A DNA stretch of 63,131 bases, counting the filler, from Reticulomyxa filosa (Eukaryota > Protista > Foraminifera): assembly GCA_000512085.1 (NCBI GenBank). It is 17 parts of 17 records of this genome, joined end to end, with 100 filler letters (N's around TTAATTAATTAA, not from the genome) between each part and the next. Parts side by side here need not be neighbours in the genome. Positions count along the whole stretch, not along the records: positions 21,500 to 28,811 come from ASPP01005446.1; positions 28,912 to 36,890 come from ASPP01023087.1; positions 36,991 to 38,042 come from ASPP01015705.1; positions 38,143 to 39,477 come from ASPP01040219.1; 13 more parts are not named here. One strand, written 5' to 3'. A model generated the notes under the pieces. The model was given only the letters and a program-made list of their open reading frames with translations. It was not told where the DNA came from and made no database searches. The stretch's first letter is position 1. Every line of letters starts with the position of its first letter. Both the position numbers and the translations under genes were made by a program. This document shows positions 25,469 to 38,260 of the stretch, piece after piece.

Positions 25469-28298
25469 GGAGTGAAATCAATTGGGGTTATATTATTGAA
25501 TTTTATTGATGCCTATTAAAAATCTTTATTTTAAATGATTTCGTAAAAACATTAATGAAAACTCCTTGGGACGTTTCCTAATGCAATAATTTGAAACACT
25601 GTTGATCGCTTTGTGACTGCAAAAGAGATTTGGAAAGTTTATATTATAGTTTTGAAAGGCTGCGCTTTTCTTTGTTTAAAAGATATACCTATTTGTGACA
25701 GTTTTTGTGCAAGATTCATTATAAAAATTAAAATAAAAAAAAGCAATTAAATAATGGACTGTCAGTACCGGTCAAAAGCGCAATTGCACTTGTGCAAGAT
25801 GGCCTTGAACAGGCCCTTCCACAAATCCAAAGAGGAGCAAACAACACCCCACGACATCAAGTTGTGGATTGTTCACGCATTTGTTCCACTTTTTTTTTGG
25901 ATATGTAACGTATATTCTAAAAAGATAATGCAAACAATAAAAAAAAAGAAATAGAAAAAATTTAAGTTCTGGAAAAGAATAAAAAAGTTATATATTCTTT
26001 TTTTTGAGTGTCCACTTTGGATTTTTTTTCTTTTTTGTGTAGCAAAATTCTCATTTATTAGGAAATGAGATGCATTTATGCATCAGTGAAGTGCTGAATA
26101 ACAGCAATATCGTGATTACAAGGTATTAATTGGAAATAAAACATTGAATAAAATCAGATATGTTGTTTGTATCATTTGGTAATTATTGTATTAACATTAA
26201 TCAATATGGAATTCCACAACCGCAAAGGCAATTAGAAGTTGCTATATAGATTACATGGATGAGAAAAAGAAAGATTAAGAATAATATGATATAATTTAAT
26301 GCATCATTCATAAACGACATTAGCCTGATGCATATGAGAAATATGAAAATAAATTTTAAAAAATACAAACAACAATGCCAAATTTATCGACAAAGTTGGT
26401 GTGTTGTGCAAGAAGAATTATCTAAGTGATATGAAATGATTTGTAAATCAAAAGAAAAACTTGTAATAAATATATAATTTCTGCAAAAGAAAATTTATCT
26501 AAATCAAAAAAAGGCTGACAACAAGAACAGTCAGTATTCATATACTGAATCAATCAAGGAAAACACAGAAATCATGAATAGAAAGGAAAGAATAAAAACA
26601 CGAACAACAAGGCAGAACATCAACAAGTTCAAAGACAATAGAATAATTATTGAAAAGATTTGATGAAATATCAGTATTTAAATGTGAAATTTTCAAACAT
26701 ATTTGCGTGTAACACATGAAAATTTTGGATTAATTATTACTGCAAAAAATATTTCAAAATATATTACAATTAATGGCGACTGGAATACTCATATTGACTT
26801 GTTGATATCACTTGTGACTATATTGGAGATGAAGTAATTGAATTCATCGTGGTTGGAGACAAGAAATGTCAACATGATACAAAAATCAAACTAAGGAACT
26901 TGCAAGTTCGTTATTGCAACTTGCAGAAAACTTTAATATCGTTCAAATTTTTTGATAAATTTTGGTAAATACTTTTTAACAACTTTTTGTTTTGTTTTTG
27001 GGGATAACTATTGAAATTTTTATTTTTCTGTTATATTTGTTCCATAATATATTTTGGTCCATCTGCTTTGTTTGCACTTTCGGGGTAGTGGAGTAATGGT
27101 GATAACATAGATGAGTAAATGACGAAGTAATGAGTAGCATAATATTTTGATTGTATTAATAAAGAAAAAGAAACAGTTAACAGTTTAAAGTTAATCCGTT
27201 GATATTAAAATTTGTCTTGAAAAACTTGAATGTTCTTTAATTATTTTTTTGGCATGTAACGGGTCACATGGCCAAGAAAGAAGGTACAGAAAATAAAGTG
27301 AAAAAGCACCAAGGCCAAGTGACAAAAAAAAAAAGTTTTTTTTGTGATAAAATCACTAAAAAAAAGGATTTATTTAATTTTCTACAGAATAAGTTTTGTT
27401 GTTACAAATCAATTTTTAGTACATTTCTGCTGTTTCAAAAGGGTCAAATACCAAAAAATGCAACGAAAAGATCTTTTTTTTATCCATTAAAAAGCAAAAT
27501 TAAAAAAAATAACAAGAATAAACAAAATTTTACTTATGCCTTTTTAATTCATAAAAATTATAGTAAATTCAAAATTTCGCTAATATGTATTCATCCACAA
27601 ACACTAATAGTACCTTCGTAGAACCAAAATATAAGTTAACACAACATTCCTTATTTAATTTTTGTTTATTATTTTTTAGTGAAACAAATTTAAGACATTA
27701 TCCCATTATCTTTCTTATCTCATTTAATCATATATAATTCATTTTTATTTGATCGAATATCAAAACGAATTGTATTATCATATGATCTAGAGCATATTAT
27801 ATTTAATCAATATTATTCTTTATTACAAATGGTGAATATTCTACCGCATACACATAATTTGTATGTCCTTTGAATATTTGAATTTGTTTATCAGATCGAA
27901 TATACCACAAACGAATACTTTTATTCAGAACAAATATCTGCAATCATTAAATGGTGAAAATTCAATGCAGCCAATCTAACTTTTATGTTCAGCATTGACT
28001 ATTTTCAATTGTTGATTATTTTTGAAATCACAAAAACGAATGGCTTCATCACAGGATGAAGAACAAATGACATGGCGGTGATTATGATAATGATGTAATG
28101 AAAATTTTGCACAATATCAATAAATTCTTTTTTACAAAGATATGGAAAAGAATAATAAAATTCAAATTTTTTAAAAGCACTAAATGATCATATCATACGA
28201 AATAAAAAAATTATAATTCTGGGGTAACTGCAGTTTTTTTTTTACAGCATTCCTTTTTCAAAATAAATTTAACAGCTTAAAAGTTCCAATTTTAACAC

Positions 28299-28745
28299 AT
28301 GGGTAATCAAAATACAAGTCATTTTGAAAGATTGAAGGATTTACCCAGCACACTTTCTGATTCTCAATGTGTGCTATACAAACACGAAATCCTCATTTGT
28401 GGAGGTTTTCGTAAAGAAAATTGTTATTCTTATCATACAATCAAAAATAAATATAAGTTTATCTGTGACTATCCAAGTAATATTGAATTATATGGACACT
28501 GTGTAGTGAAACTGATAGATAACAAGAATGAAATCACTTTGCTGTCTTTTGGTGGATCCATAAAACATACATTGATGATGAAACATGCAAGTATTTGGGA
28601 TAATAACAATAAAATAAAGAAATCAAATAATTACAATCAATGGATCCCTTTCACAGACAATCACAATAACCAATTATCATTGGAAGAGATCAAGATAATT
28701 ATTATGGAATGCGTGCAGTGATTGGTGGGAGCATTAATCATTTGT
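28299..28745 (+). pseudogene. Kelch-like beta-propeller family member, frameshifted at ~28670 and truncated by the contig end
   Basis: LKDLPSTLSDSQCVLYKHEILICGG...CYSYH...GHCVVKL...ITLLSFGG...YNQWIPFTD, then in a shifted frame IIIGRDQDNYYGMRAVIGG. It could instead be an intact gene with a base-call error. Confidence 0.7.
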
Positions 28746-28811
28746 TGGAACCGAAAGGGTTTGATTCCGGGTTTTTAAAAACCCGGAATTCAAACCCGAA
28801 AGGGTTTGAAT
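28744..28811. other. 454 paired-end hairpin adaptor contamination
   Basis: GTTGGAACCGAAAGGGTTTGA(A)TTCCGGGTTTTTAAAAACCCGGAATTCAAACCC matches my recollection of the 454 FLX mate-pair linker. It sits at a contig end. Confidence 0.85.
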
Positions 28812-28999
28812 NNNNNNNNNNNNNNNNNNNNNNNNNNNNNNNNNNNNNNNNNNNNTTAATTAATTAANNNNNNNNNNNNNNNNNNNNNNNNNNNNNNNNN
28901 NNNNNNNNNNNAATGTGGGAACCTATATTATAAAACATACAACATTTTAAATATATTTTAAAAAAAAGCAAATAGAACAAACCATTTTTTCTCCTTGCG

Positions 29000-31900
29000 G
29001 AGACGGGGGTGGTTGCTACCACATATTCTTTTATTCTTTTCATTACATTGGATTGTTCTATTATAAATAAGCAATCAATACATAGTTATGAATCGAATAT
29101 AAATGAAAAACTGAAGACTTACATTCTCTTGGCCATTTGAAATTGCAACGCTTGCATTGCAAACCACATATTATTCATCACTTAGTTTTCCAATTCCAAC
29201 TACCATTTGCCCCACAATGTTTGACAAGAATTTTCTATGCACAAATAACAAGCAAAACAATGATATTATTGAATAACAGCAACAAAGAAAAAACAAAAAT
29301 AACTTGGCAATATCCATGGCAACATCGACATTTGACATTAATTGGTAGATCACTGTTGCCCACAAATGTTTACATTTGAGTCGGGGCAATGTGTTGATGA
29401 ATATAGTATTGCAATGCTGGCCGAACGTTGTATTGACTGCTAAGCGCACGCCTGTGGCAATAGAGTGCTATTTGCACAAGAGGATAGGCACCACGACCAA
29501 CTTGTTCGTCGGCTGCGTTGTACCTATTTTTCATCATTTGCGCTAACAGCGCTCTATCACATCAAAGGCATGTCTGTGCAGTGGAATGACAACGACGGAC
29601 TTGCCGTTTGCGACAGCAATTGCAGCTTGTTGAACACACATTACAAGTATACGTTGTCCTTCCATATTCCGTTTATCAATGGCATGTGCAGTCGTAATAT
29701 CTATTTTTGTTTATTTATTTGTTCTCAAACAAAAAAAAAGAAAGTTTAAAAAAAAGACTTAACATTGCAACATTGTACAATATTTCAAAATTGCGGCAAA
29801 GTTGTGGGAGACATGCTTTGAACGAATTATACTTTGCGCAAGTTTGTACTTGATACTTGTTTGGATATTGCATCGAGACTTGTAAAAAAAAAATCTGTTG
29901 CGGTTGCAGATAATGTTGGCAGTTGGATTTGCGCTTGCATCCGTGTTGTACCCAAGATAATTGATCAAGGCCAACGTCCACGATCGATACTCGCTCCTGG
30001 CTGTTGTACGTTCTTTTCGACCGTTGCGTATTTATCATTGTATCCACTTTGCTATTTTTCAATACGCTGTTATTATTAATTTTTTTAAAAAATCATTTAT
30101 AAATCAAATGAATAACATACACAATTCATCATTTCCCCTTCATATCTCTTGATATACGTTAACCTCCCCTTTTTATTTTTTAATGATCATTTTTTTTCTA
30201 TTTAGTCTTTTTGTCACTGTTATGTACCTGAATGTCGCTGATGTGAATGTCAATTTGTGTGTTGTCAATTGAGTATATTCATTGTCGACGTTTTGGAGTG
30301 CCAGTTCTTTTTGGACTACTTTGGATCTGCAACGAGAGTGCTTTGGCAAATACGTATAATATCGTTCGTTGATTGCATTAACTCATTGTTGGAAATTTGC
30401 GATGATGCACTTACCATGTTGTTGTATAATTGTAAATATTGCCCACATTCCCACGTTTCCAATTTCCACAAGTGGTTGAGCAACATATCGCGTGATATTG
30501 CCAGTATGCTTATGCTACTGTGTTGAGTGAAGTGTTTTTTTCTGTTCGTCCAGCTGCAATTGCTTGTACTCCTGTCACTTACACTTGATATCACAACGAA
30601 TGCATTTGGTACATGCAGCACCACCAACACCAGAGATGATTTCATGTTGCCGCTTAACTAAGCAAAGAATTTACTCAAGATTTTCTCTTCCGTTTGCCCC
30701 CTCTACTTCTACTAAGCACACTGAGACTGAAGGATATTCAATGAGCAATAAAGCCATTTTGGATAAAAATAAGAAAAAATTTGTGGCAAACGAATATACT
30801 TGTAAAACTTTAAATGGATCACAAGCGGTTTATGCAAATACCAAGTTGATTGGAAAATGAATTCGTTTTGTGTACATTCACTACAGTCCAAGACGAAAAC
30901 AGTTGGTCCTTTTCCAATTAAAAAAATTCTTTTCACTTCAAAAGGTAAATATATATAGATTAAAAAAAAGTGCAAAATCTAACCAAAGAAAAAAAAATTT
31001 GAATGGAAAAAGTGGCTATAGTGAATATTTTAACGATCTCCAAAAAAAACAGCATGTCGGAGCCTCCACGCGTGCAAAAATGTTCTCTTAACATTTCCTC
31101 CATCTTTAATATAATTACATTTATATCTGTGTATGTGTTTGTGTATATCGCAGTCGTTTTATAATTTCTCTTTTTTTTTTTTTGATTGGGCGAAAAAGTA
31201 GATCATTTGAAAAAAATTGGTTGGTTGCATTTTGGCTTGTAGACAAGTAAATAAGATGAGAAACACCTCCAAAAAAGATACCTGTACAACTCCAATATCT
31301 GTAAATGCATCCCAACACAAATGTCATTTGGTGTTGTTCTTTGTGAAAACACACATAGATCTAGTCGGGCTGAGACAAGCCTTGCAAGCGAAAGAATGTT
31401 CTTTGATATATCCGTGATGATGACATGCCTCCCCAAATATCATTATCCAAGTAACCAACTCCAATGGTGGCCATGCTTTTATGAAGTAAAGGGTCCATGT
31501 GCTTGTGGATCGAAATCCCATTTCTCTCATTTACCTTTTCAACAATATATTCCAAATTGCGATCGGCCATTGCAATGATAAGTTCCTCCTTGGAAAAGTA
31601 TTTGAGTTGGTCACATCCATCGGGCACGATCAAGACGTTTTCGAGATGAGTGTCCCTATTAAATCCCTCATGTTTGAAAATTTGATACCCGTGCACCAAG
31701 GGCGCATAATATGAGAGACTGGGCACTGACGCTGACAGGCTATCAGGCCACGTCAGCGCTATAAACAGCAGGTTAAGCATGCAAGTGAGTAAAACGTCAG
31801 TGAATTGTACTAATATCAGCTTCTTTAATGTATAGAGAAAAGCTTATCATGCAAGCATGAAGGGGAAGAAAAAAAGTTCGTCAAAGCGTAAATTGTAGTG

Positions 31901-34900
31901 TTTGAAGTTACACAATTTAAAAAACAAATAAATAAAAGTTTAGTAATTCGGTGAACAAAAATTGAAAAGTCAGTTTTTTTATTTAGTGAGTCAAACAAAC
32001 ACAGCGGAACGGGTCGTGAGAACAAAAAAAAGTTTTTTTTGTTGTATCAATGATCTTTTAAAGTGTAGACAGCTATTCAAGAGCCAACAAAAAAAAAATA
32101 TGAAAAAAATCGTGTCATTATGGTGGGTGTTATGGTGTAGCACTTTGGTTGTGTGGATGATACTGTCAGTGACCAGCGGCACGAGCGCACATCCATCAGA
32201 CGACCCTTGCATTGGGTACAATCAAGTGCAAAACTGTTCAATAGAAGACTGGATGTGCATGACACTGCCAGCAAGCCGACACAACGTGGGTACTCACGAC
32301 AAGGGGTTGTTAGTATAGAACGAACTGAATGGATTACGCATACGGCCACACTCAGATATCGCATAGTGTTCAATACAACAACACACTGACTTATCCTTAT
32401 GACATCAACGCATGATACTCGAACACAACCAAGTTATTTGGGTTTTCGTGAGGCTTTATTCAGGCCATGCACATGCAATGCATTTTTGAATGGCGTAAGT
32501 ACTTCCTCAATCGGTGAGTATAGCACTGAGACCACGTCACATCCAGTTGCAGTCTCTTATAGTCACTTTGCTCCTTACTATAATTTTTTGTAATTTTGTA
32601 TGTTTATACGTGCTAGGTGATTAATAATTTTTTTTGTATGCGTGATTTTTTTTTACAATTAATTGTTGGAGCACATTTGTTCATTTTTTCTTTTTACAAT
32701 GTTTTTGAATTTGAATCTTTTTCACTTTTGTTATTTTAAAAAAAAAGAAAAGGATGTTGTCTTTTTTTTTTTCAAGTAACATTATCCATTGCAAAATTTT
32801 GTTGATATAGAAAAATGAATTCACAAACCAACCCTTCAAGAAGAAAATACTTAAAGATTAAAGATGTTTGCGACTGCAGAAACAGAGAAGAATGCAAGAA
32901 AAGATAGAAACTTGGATCAATGTCATTAAATTTATGTTTTGAGACGTTTGATGGATATAGTTTTCATTAAATATATATATATCATCCAAGAGATAAATAC
33001 GGATTAACTCGAGCTTATTGAAATCGACTGCTTCTTCTATTGTTGATAATAAGAATGATCGAAAGGATAAATGACAATGAAAATATAATAGCATAACAAA
33101 TCGCACAATGATACCAACAGAAAAAGAACAAAATAAAGACAAAGACAAATCAATGCATTGATTTGTTGTATCATCGAAAGGGATTGTATTGACAACATTA
33201 CCAATATATATTGCGACAATATTGTTTTCATTTTCGTGTTTGTGCGCATTCGAGGTCATGATAAGTACTTGCTTGCTTCTGCTGGTGCACTTTACAACAA
33301 GAATTCACTTCGATGATAGCGATGTTAATGCAATCGAAGACGTCTTTGGCAATTAACGAAGAAGATCAAGTTAATACAATTGTGATCCCAAAATTACAAC
33401 ATGGTATCGACGTCATCTCAAGTGCACAATGATGACAACAGCGACGAAATGTAGCCAATAGAAATGGTAATGGTAATGGTAATCAATTGTAAGGCAGTAT
33501 TTGTGGCCCCTATTTTTCTTCACATCAAACACAAGGACTTGGTCATTGGTTAATGTGTTAAGTCGTCGCTTTGTCTCTAGACATGAATGGAGGTAAGGAT
33601 GTCGCCTTGAAAAAGATCCACCAATTTATATTTGACTGGAGATTGTACTTCCAACCCAAGATTTTCATGTGTGTTTCACATTGACATTATTCGCATTTTA
33701 TCATGGGATGATCACTAGATTATTATCTTCTGCATATCTTTGTACGTCAATTGTTTTGTTTTGTTTTGTTCTTGTACATCTTTGTTCTCTCATCAAGACA
33801 GCGACATTTTTGGTGCATCTGCTTATTCTTCTTCATTTGCGGTTCCAGTACATACACCACTAGGTGGACTTAATGTATTATTATCTTCCCACCAAAATCA
33901 ACACGAAGATCATATCAATTGTATACTGGAAATGCCCATGTGTCTTTAGTGTGTTGACATCAAGATCCACATATAACACAATCGCAAATGTATGTGAGCG
34001 TTAACGACTGATACTTGATCGACTATGCATATTAATGACCTGATCGAAAGTTGTGCTTGTGCTAATCTGAATGTTGTTATTGTGTGATTGTAAAGCATGT
34101 AACAATTCGCTGTTATTTGCGTTTCGTTTATATGAATATCATCCACAATAACTCGTTAGTCTTTGCGGAACACACGCTAACACCTTTTAGGGATCGATTA
34201 TATCGATTTTCTTTATTTATACTGACTACTTGCTTCACTAGATAAATTCGCACTTCTTGCGCGACTCATTACCACTTGCCATGTTTCCAATACTGTTGAT
34301 CGGTACTTTTTCTTCTTTCTTTTTCTTTTCCCCTTCCTTAATCCACTCTTCTGCCTCTTTTTCATTGTTTCACTTCAAACCCACTACATAATAAAAAAAG
34401 TCCATGTCCATATTGTTTTGATTGCGACATATTACAACAGCTAAAAAACATGATAAAACCAAAATGTATACCTTGAAATAGAGCACATCGTCTCTGCCAT
34501 CCTCTGTAGTGAATTGTAAATTGATTTTCAAATGCCAATGGACAAATTTGTGGAGCCAACACCATGATTCCGATTCATTTGAGGCCATGTTCAATATTTG
34601 ACTCAATACCACCCTGCTTCCGACTAAGTTCAAACATGGTCAGCAATGGGGTACGTATAATATGCTAACTTTACTTTGAGCAAAGTTATTAATAAGCACT
34701 GACGCTTTCATCTGAACAATGTTCTTTATTGTATCAAATCTATATATGTACACATACATAACAGGAATAACACATCAATTCCATTAACCAAAAATTCACG
34801 ATGATATCCCCCTTGTATCGAACAGCTTGCACTTACAAGCCATTCTGGAAGTATTTTCAAATCGACTGCCAATTGGATCATGATTATCCAAAGAGTTTAA

Positions 34901-35820
34901 CTTTATATATTCTCGAATCTTAGGTGGATTCATGCAATCTTGAGTAAGTATTGCAAAGCGCCGATATATTTATTTTCAATTCAAATCAGTGCTCCATATT
35001 ATCGATATGTACACGCTTATGAGTTTAACATTACGTCCAACACAATCCAATGCCAAATAATACTTGTCCAAACATCATCAAAAAGAGAAAAAAAACCAAT
35101 TTGTTGAATTAAATTTGAAATAAGTAGTTATCTTTCTCTTTCTTTGAACGTGTTTGGTTTTGAGTTTTGGCGTTTGTGTCCAGGAAAGCTTTTATGTTGG
35201 TCATAGCGATCGAGATACTGTTTGCATTGCAATGTTGGTATATTGAGATTAACGCAGATGAAATTACATATGTGTCCATAGAAGCTGCGCGCAAACAACG
35301 AATTCGCGTTTATTCATTTGCACTGATGCGTCCCAGATGTTGACGTTGGCGCAAAGGGTGGACCAATGGAATATGAATTGGATTGAATACATATAATGTT
35401 GATAATCATTATATCACTTGCATTACTCAATTCTTGCTAGCAGTTCACTTGGATATATTCATCATCTTGAACAGAATATAAAAAAACGAATTATCCAATT
35501 GAAGTTCTTGATCGCTGCAGTCAATTTCTTCGCCAAAGATTGATCTGGGATATCTAAGATTTTTCCATTTTCTCACTACATATCATCTCGCTTTTGTATA
35601 TTATCAAGACAATATCTCTTTGTTCGTACTGTTTGAAAAATTGAATTTATTCTTTTCTTCGTCATTGTTCTCGTCGTTGTAGCCATCTGCAATTAATATT
35701 ATCTTTGCGATCACTGATACTATCGTTATCATTGTTATCACGCACGCTATACGCAGGATATGAAATTCAATTTCTATGATGTGATACGTATGTCTAATTT
35801 GTTTTTTTAAAACAAACACA
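29000..35820 (-). pseudogene. Long decayed multi-exon gene with a Cys-rich C-terminal region; family unresolved
   Basis: Blocks of coding-like composition broken by stops and frameshifts and separated by intron-like tracts. Minus-strand fragments include YTCNVCSTSC, WCLSSC, CFACYLC and CGLQCKRC near 29100-29660. Confidence 0.45.
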
Positions 35821-36624
35821 CATAAAAAAAAAAGAATATATCACTTAACCCATGTTGTTATCCTCGCGCAGGATACCAATTATTTTTTTTAAATATCAAA
35901 ACAAAAATAAACAAATTATTATTTCAATTATAATTTTTTTCTTATTCTTTTTTTTTTTCACTTCATTATTAATTTTTTTTTCTTTCATTTATAATTTCTT
36001 TTTCTTATTTTTTTCTTATAAAAATATTTAATTTTTTCTAATATTTCTTCTTTTTCATCATACCTTTTTTTTCTTTTTTAATATTTATCTTTTTTTTTAT
36101 TTCCCTACTTTTTACTTTCAACCTTTTTTTTCTTTTTCATTATTACATCCTTTTTTTTTATTATTACACCCTTTTTTTTTTTATTACTACATTTTTTCTT
36201 ATTTTATTTCTTTTTATTACCAGCTTTTTTTCTCCCCCCCTCACTATTACTTTATTTTATCTACTTTTTTCCAACCCTAAAAAAAATATACATTCCAAAG
36301 TTTTTTTTTGCACTGATACCTATACGCAAACACAAACAAATATATATTTTGTAACACACTTCACAATATTTTGTTTTTTATTTGATGGAGGGGGTAAACG
36401 AATATATGTACATATACATATACAAATATAGATATTTCATTTGCGGGGGAATTCCTATTTAATCAAAAGTACAAACAAACATTTTATAGCAAAGGTATAC
36501 ATATATATATATAAATAAAAAACATATACAAACCTTTTTTTGTTTTTTTTCCAACGGGGTAGACTTCAACCCCATAATTATCATTATTTGTGTGTGTGCT
36601 GAATGGTGAACATAATGTTAAATC

Positions 36625-36870
36625 ATTGCGGGGGAACCTATATTATGAAACACAACATTTATATACAAGTATATTAAAAAAATAAATAAATAAATAGAAC
36701 AAACCTGTTTTTCTCATTGCGGAGACTGGAGTGGTTTCTACCCCGTATATTTCTTATTGAAAATCAACACGCAAGCATAGTTACAAATGGAACAGAAATG
36801 AAAAACAAAAGGATTAAATTCTCTTGGAGTTTTGATACTGCAGTGTATCGCCCGCATTGCGAACCACATT
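36625..36870. repeat. Diverged direct repeat of 28912-29170
   Basis: Shared colinear blocks GGGAACCTATATTAT, AAATAGAACAAACC, TTGCGGAGAC, CATAGTTA, AAATGAAAAAC, ATTCTCTTGG and GCATTGC.AACCACAT. Confidence 0.8.
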
Positions 36871-36990
36871 AAGTGGTTAAAGTAATTTCANNNNNNNNNN
36901 NNNNNNNNNNNNNNNNNNNNNNNNNNNNNNNNNNTTAATTAATTAANNNNNNNNNNNNNNNNNNNNNNNNNNNNNNNNNNNNNNNNNNNN

Positions 36991-37811
36991 CCTCCTCCTC
37001 CTCCTCCTTTGGAACTCGGTTTGATCCTTAAGAAGAACTCATCAAAGTTCATTGACTGTACATTGCCATTGACATGATAATCTCCCCCTCCTCCTCCATT
37101 TACCATCGTTAATAAATCTTGATCCATCTTCATCGGATTACCTCTCGGCGTTATTCCCGGACTTTCCGGAGGACTATTTATATACTTTTTATGTCGCTCG
37201 TCAGTGAATATTCCACTGTTCACCGACGACACACTACTAGTGCGCGAGTGCGATCCAGCGCTTGTTCCCGTCACTGTTGCTATTGCTGCTGCTGTTACTG
37301 TTGCTGTTACTGTTGCTGTTATTGTTGCTGCACCCGTGACAGAAATGTCTTCGGAACCATTGACATCTGGCCCGATTCGACCACGAGACCGAGACCGGGA
37401 TCTCGATCTGGATATCGATCGCGGCCTTTGGTCAAGTACCGTCATTTGCCCATCGTGGTAACCATTCGTTGCTTGCACTGTTGCTACTGTGTCCTTCTCG
37501 TGCTCGTGCTGCACGTATTCGCTCGACGAAGTTGGAGGATGAGAAGGGGGAGGGGGACTCGTCGCTGGACGTGGCGAGCCCGACAATGAGCTCGGCTGAG
37601 ACTGAGACAACATAAACCGATGAATCCCATTCCCACGAAGCGAGGACGTCTCCATTCGAATCAAATCGTTTCGAAGCTTCAATATTATCTTTATCAACTC
37701 TGCTTTCGTTTTGTCTTGCAGATACTGCTCATTGATCTTTAACAGATCTTGTATGCGCTTCGTCTTTTCAAACGCTACTTGCGCTGCTGGAGACTGTAAA
37801 GTTGAGGTCAT
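36991..37811 (-). CDS. Hypothetical protein N-terminus (short coiled coil, then S/P/T/R low complexity); 3' partial
   Basis: ATG-initiated, GC-richer ORF of over 270 codons that runs into the spacer. Confidence 0.7.
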
Positions 37812-38142
37812 TATATTTTTTATATATATATATAATGCTCTCTGATTTGCACAAATGGATACAACAGGGGGGAGAGAAGAAGGAAAAAAAAAAATTCAGA
37901 AAAAAATCAACTAGTGACTCCAATTCGTTTGATAACTGAGTTTATTTTCGAGTAATTTTATCTAAATCAAAATATGTCATGCCGAAAAGTATGCGAAAAG
38001 TGAATAAATTTATGGAGTGAACTTTTAAATTTTTATTTTATTNNNNNNNNNNNNNNNNNNNNNNNNNNNNNNNNNNNNNNNNNNNNTTAATTAATTAANN
38101 NNNNNNNNNNNNNNNNNNNNNNNNNNNNNNNNNNNNNNNNNN

Positions 38143-38260
38143 TTTTTTTTTATAAAAATGTAACAAAAAGAATAATCTTTGATATTATAAATAATTAAAC
38201 TTGTGGGTCATTTTTTAATTTTTTTGAACCTGTTTTTTTGAAAATGACCCACAATTAATA
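38143..38260. repeat. ~110-bp hairpin-containing repeat, second direct copy at ~39370-39465
   Basis: TTGTGGGTCATTTT-N26-AAAATGACCCACAA (38201-38254). A similar copy with the same upstream flank lies at 39417-39464. Confidence 0.8.

Noticed and set aside
28744-28811. Nested palindromes with a GAAA tetraloop, resembling a ribozyme or hairpin telomere
   Set aside because: Matches the 454 mate-pair adaptor; a library artefact.
29000-35820. Stop-codon reassignment as an explanation for broken ORFs
   Set aside because: Intact genes end in TAA, TGA and TAG and have no in-frame stops, while broken regions also carry frameshifts. This is decay, not a variant code.
35880-36310. Long T-rich strand-asymmetric tract
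   Set aside because: No periodicity or structure; low complexity, possibly poor-quality sequence.
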